A stretch of 64,000 nucleotides of DNA from Acutalibacteraceae bacterium (GTDB lineage Bacteria; Bacillota; Clostridia; Oscillospirales; Acutalibacteraceae). Positions 9,574-18,229 of this stretch are shown here, in pieces; within the stretch, counting starts at the first letter, position 1; every line of letters begins with the position of its first letter. The notes below the pieces were generated by a model, which did not search any database, was not told where the DNA came from, and saw nothing but the letters and a program-made list of their open reading frames with translations. Made by a program: the position numbers and the translations under genes. The DNA is taken from positions 3,190-67,189 of the forward strand of contig JAZQMA010000055.1 of the NCBI GenBank assembly GCA_045543035.1, written 5' to 3'.

Positions 9574-10212
9574 ATGAAGAATTATAACTACTATTTATTC
9601 GATTTTGACGGTACGCTCTGCGACACAACCGAGGGTATTTTCAATTCAATTATTTATTCTCTTGACTGCTACGGAATTAAGGAGACCGATATAGAAAAAC
9701 TTCATTTTTTCGTAGGTCCTCCCCTTTTTGAAAGCTATAAAACAATCTATAACGTTTCCGATGAGGACGCTCAATGGTTAATTGATAAATACAGAGAGCG
9801 TTACAGAGTGAAAGCGGCGGAAGAATCAAAAATATATGAGGGTATCCCTCAGATGCTTGAAAGATTAAAAAAGGACGGCAAAAAAATCGCCGTCGCATCT
9901 TCAAAGCCTATTTATTTTGTTGAAGAAATTTCCAAATATCACGATATTTATAAATACTATGATTTTGTTTCCGCAGAGGATTTCAAAAACAATCATTCAA
10001 GCAAAAAGGATTTAATAAATGCCTGCCTTGATTTCTTTGGCAATCCCGATAAAAGCGAAATCATTATGGTTGGCGACCGTTGCTATGATATTGACGGTGC
10101 AAAGGCAGTGGGTCTTGACAGCGCAGGAGCAGTCTATGGCTTCGGCACTGCAGAGGAATTAACCCAATCGGGCGCGACATATCTCCTCAATTCGCCTGAA
10201 GAATTATATTGA
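9574..10212 (+). CDS. HAD-superfamily phosphatase (phosphoglycolate phosphatase-like)
   Basis: Motif I is LFDFDGTLCDT and the distal motif is VGDRCYDIDGA. I chose the ATG at 9574 rather than the track start at 9514. Confidence 0.75.
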   Translation: MKNYNYYLFDFDGTLCDTTEGIFNSIIYSLDCYGIKETDIEKLHFFVGPPLFESYKTIYNVSDEDAQWLIDKYRERYRVKAAEESKIYEGIPQMLERLKKDGKKIAVASSKPIYFVEEISKYHDIYKYYDFVSAEDFKNNHSSKKDLINACLDFFGNPDKSEIIMVGDRCYDIDGAKAVGLDSAGAVYGFGTAEELTQSGATYLLNSPEELY

Positions 10213-10250
10213 AAATTCGGAATTCGGAATTCGAAATTAGCTTCGCAAGG
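10213..10250. repeat. Heptamer repeat (AATTCGG x3) with TAGCTTCGCAAGG linker
   Basis: aattcgg aattcgg aattcga aattagcttcgcaagg immediately after the HAD stop. A perfect 20-bp palindrome ACCTCTCTTCGAAGAGAGGT lies at 10285-10304. Confidence 0.75.
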
Positions 10251-10352
10251 AGTAAAGACAGAAAAATAAAGTTGATGTATGGGTACCTCTCTTCGAAGAG
10301 AGGTTAGGACACGCCTTTACTTTTTTCGTTAAATATACTTGCGAGCTACTTT

Positions 10353-11453
10353 TCAGAAACAAGTTCCGCAGGTTGTGTAGCCTTGTGAATATAAATCATC
10401 AATTGAACCGCTGTAGTTCTGTTTGTTACTTTCGTTCATTCGGTTTATATGATGACAATGGGTTTTATGGATTTTCTTTGTATTTGTGTTTAAAACATAT
10501 TGTCCCGTAATAACATTTTGTTGCTTTGTGGTTTCAACCTGTTTTTTTGTTGTTTCAACAGGTGCAACAACTTTTTTTGTTGTTTCCTTGTTACTTTCAC
10601 TCGCCCGGCTTCTGCCCGTTGTATAATCAATTTTAACTCCGGGCTGAACATTATAGCAGAAAACATTAAAGCAGATGCCCTCACCATCATCCTCAACAGA
10701 ATAGGCTTCCATCTGAACACCCTTTGCAACAAGGTCGTTGCCATCATAAACAGGAGTAATTCTGTATGCAACGTGATTATCAGTTTCGCGGATATAGTCG
10801 GCAACCATATTCTCAAAGGGCAACATACCCTCGGTGTTCATATATCTTGTTCCGGTAATAAGGTTTCTCTTGTTCGCATTTTCTGCAGATAACTGCCATC
10901 CGATTAAATGGCAACGGTTGTAAAGATATTTGCCTGAAACACTGTCATATTGCGCCTGAACCCAACCGCTTGGCTTTACTGCACTGATACTGCCTCTTTC
11001 CTCTTCAGGTTTCGGCATAATCTCTCTTCCGCAGGATGCAACCGCACCACCGCAACGACCGAATTTATCAAGAGAAGCATAGGTTTCATAACCCTTTGTT
11101 GTCAGCTCATATTTATTGAAAGAGGGAATATTATCATTGATAACAACATAAGGTCTGCCCGAATATTCAGGAATTTCTGATAATACTGCCTTACTGTTAT
11201 CATCCCCAACGCTATCGGGTTTGCTTACCTTTTGAGTTTCTTTTTCGGTTTTTTCTTCTGCTTTTTCAGTTTCCGAGCTGTCGGTTATAGCTTCGGTTTC
11301 ATTTTCTGTTATCTGACTTTCAATTGTTGTTTCAATAATTTCCGTTGTAGTTTCGTCAGATTGTTCAGAACCGCAACCTGCAAAAGAAGAAAGCAAAACC
11401 GCAACCAAACAAAGAATTGATAAAAGTGATTTTAATTTTTGATTAAATTTCAT
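10353..11453 (-). CDS. Secreted lipoprotein, DNA/RNA non-specific endonuclease (EndA/NucA-like)
   Basis: Lipobox LSSFAGCGS and an acidic linker. The nuclease core is YNRCHLIGWQLSAENANKRNLITGTRYMN...YRITPVY. The C-terminus is Cys/His-rich. Confidence 0.75.
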   Translation of the reverse strand: MKFNQKLKSLLSILCLVAVLLSSFAGCGSEQSDETTTEIIETTIESQITENETEAITDSSETEKAEEKTEKETQKVSKPDSVGDDNSKAVLSEIPEYSGRPYVVINDNIPSFNKYELTTKGYETYASLDKFGRCGGAVASCGREIMPKPEEERGSISAVKPSGWVQAQYDSVSGKYLYNRCHLIGWQLSAENANKRNLITGTRYMNTEGMLPFENMVADYIRETDNHVAYRITPVYDGNDLVAKGVQMEAYSVEDDGEGICFNVFCYNVQPGVKIDYTTGRSRASESNKETTKKVVAPVETTKKQVETTKQQNVITGQYVLNTNTKKIHKTHCHHINRMNESNKQNYSGSIDDLYSQGYTTCGTCF

Positions 11454-11457
11454 TTTA

Positions 11458-11859
11458 TCACCTTGAATAAATTTCTAATGTAATTTTATCGTGGGAGTTC
11501 CCTTGGAATTCCTCTTTTTTTATTCTCTTAAAGCCCTCTGCCTTGAGGTCAACATTAAAGAACAAATCTCCCGGGTACTTTCTGTTCCAGTTAAAAACAT
11601 AAAAGCTCTCAACGTTTTCAGCGGTAATCTCTTTATCTTCAACAAAGCAGAAATCACCCTGCTCCGCATTGTTCAGAAAATCATCGTCAATAATAATATT
11701 TTCAGCATTTTCAAATTGTTTGGCAGAATATGAGTTCATCAAAAGCCTCCCTGCACTTGAAATTTCAAAAATTTTTTCTCTCAGAACTCTGTCCTGGCTC
11801 TGCCTCTTGCCACAAAAGCTCATACCATTATTTTTATCAACGCAAACAATTATGTTCAT
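11458..11859 (-). CDS. Conserved hypothetical protein (133 aa)
   Basis: Start chosen at MNIIVCVDKNNG, which has an AAAGGAGTGG Shine-Dalgarno. The upstream part of the track ORF reads through repeat DNA. Confidence 0.55.
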   Translation of the reverse strand: MNIIVCVDKNNGMSFCGKRQSQDRVLREKIFEISSAGRLLMNSYSAKQFENAENIIIDDDFLNNAEQGDFCFVEDKEITAENVESFYVFNWNRKYPGDLFFNVDLKAEGFKRIKKEEFQGNSHDKITLEIYSR

Positions 11860-11878
11860 TAAACCACTCCTTTTGAAG

Positions 11879-12057
11879 CTACCAGTCGCCAGCAAATAGC
11901 AAATAGCCAATAGTAAAATATCGCGAAGCCTATCCCTCTTTTTTGCTTGCAAAAAGGAGGGGGGACCGTGTCAGCGGTGGTGGGTAGGACCCCTGCCATC
12001 CCATTTGTAAAACTACCGCGAAGCTTAATTCCGCATTCCGCATTCCGCATTCCGCAT
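11879..12057. repeat. Heptamer-armed element (CCAG/CAAATAG heptamers on the left, ATTCCGC x4 on the right)
   Basis: accag tcgccag caaatag caaatag ccaatag on the left. The core has GCGAAGCC and GCGAAGCTTAATT linkers and a CCCTCTTTTTTGC/GCAAAAAGGAGGG hairpin. The right arm overlaps the hydF 3' end. Confidence 0.7.
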
Positions 12058-13230
12058 TACTTGAACGCTTCGTTCAAGTATCCCACTCATCTTCGCAATC
12101 GCAACACCATAGTTCACCATAGGAACACCCTGCTCATTTGCAAGGTTCATTCTATGCTTCATTTCTTTTTCATTAAGGGTGCAACCGCCACAATGAACAA
12201 TAAGAGAAAACTCTCTTAAATCCTGCGGAAACTCTCCACCAGATGTAAAGCTGAATTGGGGTTCAGCATTAGTGAATTTTCTAATCATATTAGGAATTTT
12301 GACTGTTCCTATATCGTTGCATTGTCTGTGATGGGTACAACCCTCGCTGATGAGAATTCTGTCACCATCTTTGATTTCAGCAAGCTTTTCTGCACCGTTT
12401 ATAAGGGTTGAAAGCTCGCCCTTATATCTTGCCATAAGAATTGAAAAAGAGGTAAGCAGAATATCATCGGGCACAATTTCAGAAACCTTGCCGAAAATCT
12501 GAGAATCGGTTATAACCAACTTTGGTTTCTTCGCAAGGGCATTTAAAGCATCGGTAAGTTCCGTGTCCTGACAAGCAACAACAGTACAGTTTCCGTCCAA
12601 TAAATCGCGGATTGTCATTTGTTGGGGCAGAATAAGTCTGCCCTTGGGTGCAGCCTCGTCAATGGGAATAACAAGAACAACAATGTCGCCTTTTTCCACT
12701 AAATCAGAAACCACATATTTTTTCTTTTCGGCAGTTTTTGAAAGACTGCCGATTTTCTCTTTCAGTTCAAAAATATTGATATTGTCAACTGCACTAACAT
12801 AAATTTCATTATCTTTTAATTCTGACTTTTCCCCGAGCAATTCGCATTTATTGAAAGCGATAATATATGGAATGTTTCTCTTTTTAAAAGCCTCAATTAA
12901 TTCTTCATCACCCTTTGAAGTACCTTTGAGGGCATCAACAACAAGTATTGCCACATCAGTTTTCGCGAGAATTTCGTTAGTCTTTTCAACTCGCTTTTCA
13001 CCAAGGTAGCCTTCATCATCAAAGCCGGGAGTGTCAATTATAACAACAGGGCCTAAAGGCAGTAATTCCATAGCCTTTTTTACAGGGTCGGTGGTTGTTC
13101 CCTTTACATTGGAAACAACCGAAAGGCTCTGCCCCGTAACCGCATTCACAAGGCTTGATTTACCTGCATTTCTCATACCGAAAAAGCCGATATGCACTCT
13201 TTCGGCAGAAACAGTTTCATTCAAACTCAT
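12025..13230 (-). CDS. hydF: [FeFe]-hydrogenase maturation GTPase HydF
   Basis: GMRNAGKSSLVNA P-loop, DTPG, and the C-terminal CTHHRQC...HCGGC cluster motif. The last ~10 codons (MRNAECGMRN) are encoded by the heptamer repeat. Confidence 0.9.
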   Translation of the reverse strand: MSLNETVSAERVHIGFFGMRNAGKSSLVNAVTGQSLSVVSNVKGTTTDPVKKAMELLPLGPVVIIDTPGFDDEGYLGEKRVEKTNEILAKTDVAILVVDALKGTSKGDEELIEAFKKRNIPYIIAFNKCELLGEKSELKDNEIYVSAVDNINIFELKEKIGSLSKTAEKKKYVVSDLVEKGDIVVLVIPIDEAAPKGRLILPQQMTIRDLLDGNCTVVACQDTELTDALNALAKKPKLVITDSQIFGKVSEIVPDDILLTSFSILMARYKGELSTLINGAEKLAEIKDGDRILISEGCTHHRQCNDIGTVKIPNMIRKFTNAEPQFSFTSGGEFPQDLREFSLIVHCGGCTLNEKEMKHRMNLANEQGVPMVNYGVAIAKMSGILERSVQVMRNAECGMRN

Positions 13231-13248
13231 AGATTTTCACCTGCTAAA

Positions 13249-14697
13249 TTAAAATCTGAAATCTCGTCTGTTGGAATTTTTAATGTCACAAATATTGCTC
13301 TGGGCAATTTCTCTTACCTTATCTTTAGGAATTTTTTTCAATTCCTCTTCAATAAGCTTGTAACCGATTTCCTTTGTTTCGGGTGAAGCATAGTCCTCAA
13401 GATATTCTGTAAGTGTCATAAGAGCATTTGGATGGCAGCAGTTAAGAATCTGACCTGATTTGCAAAGGCTCATAAAGCGGTCGCCTGTTCTGCCCTCTCT
13501 GTAGCAAGCAGTGCAGAATGAGGGAATATGACCGTTTTCCATAAGCCAACGAACAACCTCATCAAGAGTTCTCTGGTCGGAAACATCAAATTGCTCGGAA
13601 TCGTGGGGGCGTTCTTCTTCAGTATAACCGCCAACAGATGTACGGGAAGCACCGCTGATCTGTGAAATACCGAGATGGAGCGCCTCTCCTCTTACCTTCT
13701 CGCTTTCGCGGGTAGAAATAATCATACCTGTGTAAGGAACTGCAATTCTGATACAAGCAATAATTTTCTTGAACATTTCATCACTGATACCGTTATCAAA
13801 TGCATCGGGGTCGATGTCGTCCGCTCTCTTAAGACGGGGCACACTGATAGTGTGAGGTCCAACACCGTGCACCGCTTCAAGATGCTCCGCGTGCATAAGA
13901 AGACCGATAAATTCATACATATATCTCTCAAGACCGAAAAGAACGCCAAGACCAACATCATCAATGCCGCCCTCCATAGCTCTGTCCATAGCCTCTGTAT
14001 GATAGTCATAATCGTGCTTAGGTCCTGTGGGATGAAGCTCAAGGTAGCTTTCTTTATGATATGTTTCCTGGAAAAGAATGTATGTACCGATACCTGCATC
14101 CTTGAGCTTTCTGTAGTTCTCAACAGTAGTAGCGGCAATATTTACATTAACTCGTCTTATTGCACCGTTTTTGTGGTTAACGCTGTAAATGGTTTTGATA
14201 CATTCAAGAATATATTCAATAGGATTGTTTTTGGGGTCTTCACCTGCTTCTATAGCAAGGCGCTTGTGACCCATATCCTGCAAAGCAATAACCTCTGCTT
14301 TAACCTCTTCCTGAGTTAATTTCTTACGTGCGATATGCTTGTTTTTCAGGTGATAAGGACAATATACGCAACCGTTCACGCAGTAGTTTGAAAGGTACAA
14401 AGGCGCAAACATAACAATTCTGTTGCCGTAAAAATCCTGCTTGATCTGATTTGCAAGAGCAAACATTTCCTCAACCTTTTCGGGAATATCGCAAGCAAGA
14501 AGCACTGCCGCATCTCTGTGAGAAAGACCTGTGCAATGAAGTCCGTTCCCCTCTTTTTGGGGTCTTGCCTTTTCAAGAATACTGTCAATAAGCTCGATAT
14601 TATTCTTGTTTTCCTCTGCATATTTTATTGTTTCAAGAATTTCACCATCGTGAATAAATTCTTCTGCTTTAAGTGATTTTGGATTGTAAATTGACAT
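13249..14697 (-). CDS. hydG: [FeFe]-hydrogenase maturation radical SAM enzyme HydG
   Basis: CVNGCVYCPY radical SAM motif, ThiH-like length (482 aa) and C-terminal CTACYREGRTGDRF motif. Confidence 0.9.
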   Translation of the reverse strand: MSIYNPKSLKAEEFIHDGEILETIKYAEENKNNIELIDSILEKARPQKEGNGLHCTGLSHRDAAVLLACDIPEKVEEMFALANQIKQDFYGNRIVMFAPLYLSNYCVNGCVYCPYHLKNKHIARKKLTQEEVKAEVIALQDMGHKRLAIEAGEDPKNNPIEYILECIKTIYSVNHKNGAIRRVNVNIAATTVENYRKLKDAGIGTYILFQETYHKESYLELHPTGPKHDYDYHTEAMDRAMEGGIDDVGLGVLFGLERYMYEFIGLLMHAEHLEAVHGVGPHTISVPRLKRADDIDPDAFDNGISDEMFKKIIACIRIAVPYTGMIISTRESEKVRGEALHLGISQISGASRTSVGGYTEEERPHDSEQFDVSDQRTLDEVVRWLMENGHIPSFCTACYREGRTGDRFMSLCKSGQILNCCHPNALMTLTEYLEDYASPETKEIGYKLIEEELKKIPKDKVREIAQSNICDIKNSNRRDFRF

Positions 14698-14727
14698 AAT
14701 AAAAATTCCTTTCTGAAACCTTATACT

Positions 14728-14797
14728 GTAGGGAACGGATTTATCCGTTCCGCAAACTCATCAAAAACTTGGCGGTACGCATAAATGCGTACCCTAC
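14728..14797. repeat. Double-hairpin element, copy 2
   Basis: GTAGGGAACGGATTTATCCGTTCCGC-20 nt-GGCGGTACGCATAAATGCGTACCCTAC, between hydG and hydE. Confidence 0.85.
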
Positions 14798-14817
14798 GTT
14801 GCTCAAACCAACTAATT

Positions 14818-15867
14818 TTATATTCCTGCAACATCTCCACGTGCAACAACAATTTCATACCCAATACTTCCCATTTTCTTTTTTAGTTCTGCTATATGAA
14901 AAGCATTTTCCACACCAGTATTGAGTTTGTTGTTATATAATTCATATTTTTTCCTTGCGCTTTCAGGCGACAAATTCGGCATAACAACATTCGCACCCGA
15001 GAGAATTCCTTTTTCTCTTCCGTCATTTTTTACTGTGCCAAGTGCCGTTGTGGCAGGCAACAGAATATTGGGGTGGATTAATCTTATAATTGAAAGCAGG
15101 TAGCAGGTCAAATCTGCAGACCCTGCGCTTTCATTTCTGAAAACTGTATCTTTATGGGGAATAAAAGGTCCTATTCCGCACATATCAGGCTTGAATTCTT
15201 CAATAAATTTCAAATCCTTTGCAATATGCTTTATAGTTTGGTATGGTGCACCTACCATAAAACCGCAACCCACCTGATAGCCGATTTCTTTAAGATTTTT
15301 AAGGCATTCCATTCGATTTTCAAAGGACATTTCTTGGGGATGCAATTTTTCATAAAGCTCTTTATCAGCGGTTTCGTGGCGGAGAAGGTATCTGTCCGCA
15401 CCTGCATCAAATAGCCTTTGATAACTCTCTTTGCTTCGCTCACCTAATGAAAGAGTAACCGCGCAATCAGGGAATTTCTCTTTGATTTTTTCTATTAAAT
15501 CGCAAAGTATATCATCGGTATAAAATCCATCCTCGCCACCTTGCATAACAAAGGTACGAAAACCTAAATCATACCCATCTATGCAACACTCTATAATTTC
15601 CTCAGGAGTTAAACGGTATCTCTGACAATTCTCGTTACCGCCTCTGATGCCGCAATACAAACAGTTGTTTTTACAGATATTGCTGATTTCAATAAGTCCG
15701 CGGACAAAAACCTGATTACCGTAAACAGATTTACGGACTTTGACCGCATTTTCTCTCAAATATTGCGCAATTTCAGGTGAATATCCCTCAACCAGCTTCT
15801 CATACTCGGCAAGCGTAAGAGAATGAGCTTCAACAAGCTTCTGCGCAATATTATATATTCTATTCAT
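14818..15867 (-). CDS. hydE: [FeFe]-hydrogenase maturation radical SAM enzyme HydE
   Basis: CKNNCLYCGIR motif, BioB-like TIM barrel, 349 aa, in a hydE-hydG-hydF gene context. Confidence 0.9.
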   Translation of the reverse strand: MNRIYNIAQKLVEAHSLTLAEYEKLVEGYSPEIAQYLRENAVKVRKSVYGNQVFVRGLIEISNICKNNCLYCGIRGGNENCQRYRLTPEEIIECCIDGYDLGFRTFVMQGGEDGFYTDDILCDLIEKIKEKFPDCAVTLSLGERSKESYQRLFDAGADRYLLRHETADKELYEKLHPQEMSFENRMECLKNLKEIGYQVGCGFMVGAPYQTIKHIAKDLKFIEEFKPDMCGIGPFIPHKDTVFRNESAGSADLTCYLLSIIRLIHPNILLPATTALGTVKNDGREKGILSGANVVMPNLSPESARKKYELYNNKLNTGVENAFHIAELKKKMGSIGYEIVVARGDVAGI

Positions 15868-16135
15868 CGCTTTTCACATTTGATAGCACGGTTTTCGCGC
15901 TTATTCCTTTAAGATTACCGATTTTACCGCTTAAAGCGGAAATCACATCCTGAGGCGCATCAATTGCAACACTTATAAGATTTATTTCCCTTTGCCGATA
16001 GGGAATACCCATTCTTCCGATAATATATTCACCGTAGTTATGCAAAATTGTGTTAAGCTCTGAAACACTCTCGCCATTTTCAACAATAATGCTTATAACA
16101 CCAACTCTTGAAGCCACGCCATTCACCTTCTTCAT
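15860..16135 (-). CDS. TM1266-family iron-only hydrogenase system regulator (ACT-like)
   Basis: 91 aa, RVGVISIIVEN...IIGRMGIPY...ISVAIDAP. It overlaps the hydE start by 8 nt. Confidence 0.8.
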   Translation of the reverse strand: MKKVNGVASRVGVISIIVENGESVSELNTILHNYGEYIIGRMGIPYRQREINLISVAIDAPQDVISALSGKIGNLKGISAKTVLSNVKSDE

Positions 16136-16175
16136 AAAATAAAAATACCATACCCGGATATAATAAGGGTACGGT

Positions 16176-16365
16176 AAAATGCAAAATGCAAAATGCAGAA
16201 TGCAAAATTTCGGGTCTGCGACGCAATTAAAAATTTATTCTTTATTATTTTTTCTTTCTTCTTTATTCTTTTGCAATTTTTAAAGAACAGATAATAAATA
16301 ATAAAGAAGAACTAATAAATGCTTACGAAGCTTCATTCCGCATTCCGCATTCCGCATTCCGAATT
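16176..16365. repeat. Heptamer-armed element (AATGCAA/AATGCAG on the left, ATTCCGC on the right)
   Basis: The left arm at 16176-16209 is followed by TCGGGTCTGCGACGC. The right arm at 16334-16365 is preceded by GAAGCTTC. Confidence 0.75.
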
Positions 16366-16502
16366 AATTTCTTCCGTCCCTTATTTTCAGGAGAACAACG
16401 CCCCTTCACGTCAGGTACATATTGTGGATTTATTATACAATATATTTTAAAAATAATCAATGAATATAAAGTAAATTTCAGACAAAAATAAAAACAATAA
16501 AT

Positions 16503-16574
16503 GTAGGGTACGCATTTATGCGTACCGCATCAAGTTACAACATACCTGCGGAACGGATAAATCCGTTCCCTACA
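16503..16574. repeat. Double-hairpin element, copy 3 (inverted orientation)
   Basis: GTAGGGTACGCATTTATGCGTACCGC-20 nt-GCGGAACGGATAAATCCGTTCCCTAC. Confidence 0.85.
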
Positions 16575-16597
16575 TTGCAAATAACAAGGAGCATTTT

Positions 16598-17032
16598 ATG
16601 GATTCAAAAAATTACCAACAACTCGTCCACAATACCACCCCCAAATCCCCTCTTTTAAAGGACTGCATTTTATCCTTTATTTTTGGCGGTTCAATCTGTT
16701 GCTTTGGTCAACTTTTAAAAATGCTTTACACCAATGCAGGTTTAACCGAGGACGAGGTGAAATTAGCCGTGCCCGTAACACTTATAGTTATCACAGCAAT
16801 CCTCACAGCTACCGGTACTTTCGCAAAAATCGCAAAACATGCAGGTGCAGGCACCGCTGTTCCCATTACAGGCTTTGCAAACTCCGTTGTTTCCCCTGCA
16901 GTTGAATTCAGCGCAGAAGGTAAAATTCTCGGTACAGGTGCAAAAATGTTCAACCTTGCAGGTCCTGTTATTGTCTATGGTTGCTCTGCTGCCAGCCTTT
17001 ACGGGCTTATTTATTATCTGTTTTTAAAATAA
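16598..17032 (+). CDS. spoVAC: Stage V sporulation protein AC
   Basis: 144-aa polytopic protein with GAGTAVPITGFANSVVSPAVEF and KMFNLAGPVIVYG, typical of SpoVAC. Confidence 0.85.
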   Translation: MDSKNYQQLVHNTTPKSPLLKDCILSFIFGGSICCFGQLLKMLYTNAGLTEDEVKLAVPVTLIVITAILTATGTFAKIAKHAGAGTAVPITGFANSVVSPAVEFSAEGKILGTGAKMFNLAGPVIVYGCSAASLYGLIYYLFLK

Positions 17033-17100
17033 TATTATTGATTTAATTATCTGTATGTGATATTATCACTACAGATAATTAAATTTTTAACAAAGAGGTA

Positions 17101-18123
17101 ATGACTATGAGCAGAAATGCAATCTATGGCGCAGGTTCACTAGGTACTGTTCTTGGCGCATACATCACCAAAAACGGCGGTCAGGTTGACCTTATTAACA
17201 GAAATAAAGCTCACGTTGAAATTCTCAACACAAAGGGTGCAAAAATCATCGGCACTGTTGATATGACAGTTCCTGTTAAGGCTATCACCCCTGCTGAAAT
17301 GGAAGGCAAATATGATGTTATTGTTCTTCTCACAAAGCAGTTACATAACAAAGAAGTTGTTACAATGCTCAAGGATTTCCTCAGCGAAAGCGGTGTTATC
17401 GTAACCCTTCAGAATGGTATTCCCGAGCCGGGTATTGCAGAAATCGTTGGCGCAAATCATACAATGGGTTGCGCAGTCGAATGGGGCGCAGCACTTATTG
17501 AGCCCGGTGTTTGCGAGCTTACAAGTGCTCCCGACAGTCTTTCTTTCCATATGGGCAAATTAGACGGCATCACAGAGAACCAGGTTAAAATGGTTAAAGA
17601 TTTGCTTGAGCTTATGTGCCCCGTTCACGAGGAAGAAAATCTTATGGGCGCTCGTTGGTCAAAGCTTCTTATTAATGCAACCTTCTCAGGTCTTGGTACA
17701 GTTGTTGGTGGTGTTTTCGGTGATGTTTCCGAAGATAAGGAGGCTCAGAAGGTTGCCATCCGTTGCATGAAGGAATGTATTGATGTTGGCCACGCAACAG
17801 GAACAGAATTCGCTCCTGTTCAGGGCAAAAACATTGTTGGTCTTTTCTATTATAAAGGCGCTCTCAAGCGCGCTCTCGGCTGCATGCTTCTTCCCATCGC
17901 TATGAAAAAGCACCGCCTTATTGAACCCTCAATGCTTCAGGACCTTAAGAAAGGTAAGCCCTGCGAGGTTGATGCAATCAATGGTGTTGTTTGCGAGTTC
18001 GGAAGAAAACACAACATCCCAACTCCCATTAACGACAAAATCGTTGAAATCATAAAGAAAATTCAGAACGGCGAATTAAAAGCCGAAAAAGCAAACATCA
18101 GACTTTTTGATGATATTCTTTAA
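17101..18123 (+). CDS. 2-dehydropantoate 2-reductase family (PanE/ApbA) oxidoreductase
   Basis: GAGSLG Rossmann motif, LQNG, WSKLLINA and SMLQDLKKGKPCEVDAINGVV signatures. Confidence 0.75.
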   Translation: MTMSRNAIYGAGSLGTVLGAYITKNGGQVDLINRNKAHVEILNTKGAKIIGTVDMTVPVKAITPAEMEGKYDVIVLLTKQLHNKEVVTMLKDFLSESGVIVTLQNGIPEPGIAEIVGANHTMGCAVEWGAALIEPGVCELTSAPDSLSFHMGKLDGITENQVKMVKDLLELMCPVHEEENLMGARWSKLLINATFSGLGTVVGGVFGDVSEDKEAQKVAIRCMKECIDVGHATGTEFAPVQGKNIVGLFYYKGALKRALGCMLLPIAMKKHRLIEPSMLQDLKKGKPCEVDAINGVVCEFGRKHNIPTPINDKIVEIIKKIQNGELKAEKANIRLFDDIL

Positions 18124-18136
18124 TATTTAAAGCTCT

Positions 18137-18184
18137 GCACCTCATTAAAATGCTTCGGCATTTTAATGAGGTGCGTATTTTTTT
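18137..18184 (+). terminator. Rho-independent terminator
   Basis: GCACCTCATTAAAATGC-TTCG-GCATTTTAATGAGGTGC followed by a T-run. Confidence 0.85.
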
Positions 18185-18229
18185 ACCATTCTTGCAAACA
18201 ATATAATAAAACTTTTAAGGAACGATTTT

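Noticed and set aside
10285-10304. Perfect 20-bp palindrome ACCTCTCTTCGAAGAGAGGT as a terminator for the HAD gene
   Set aside because: No U-run follows on either strand. It may be a protein-binding site or part of the repeat family, but I cannot support a specific call.
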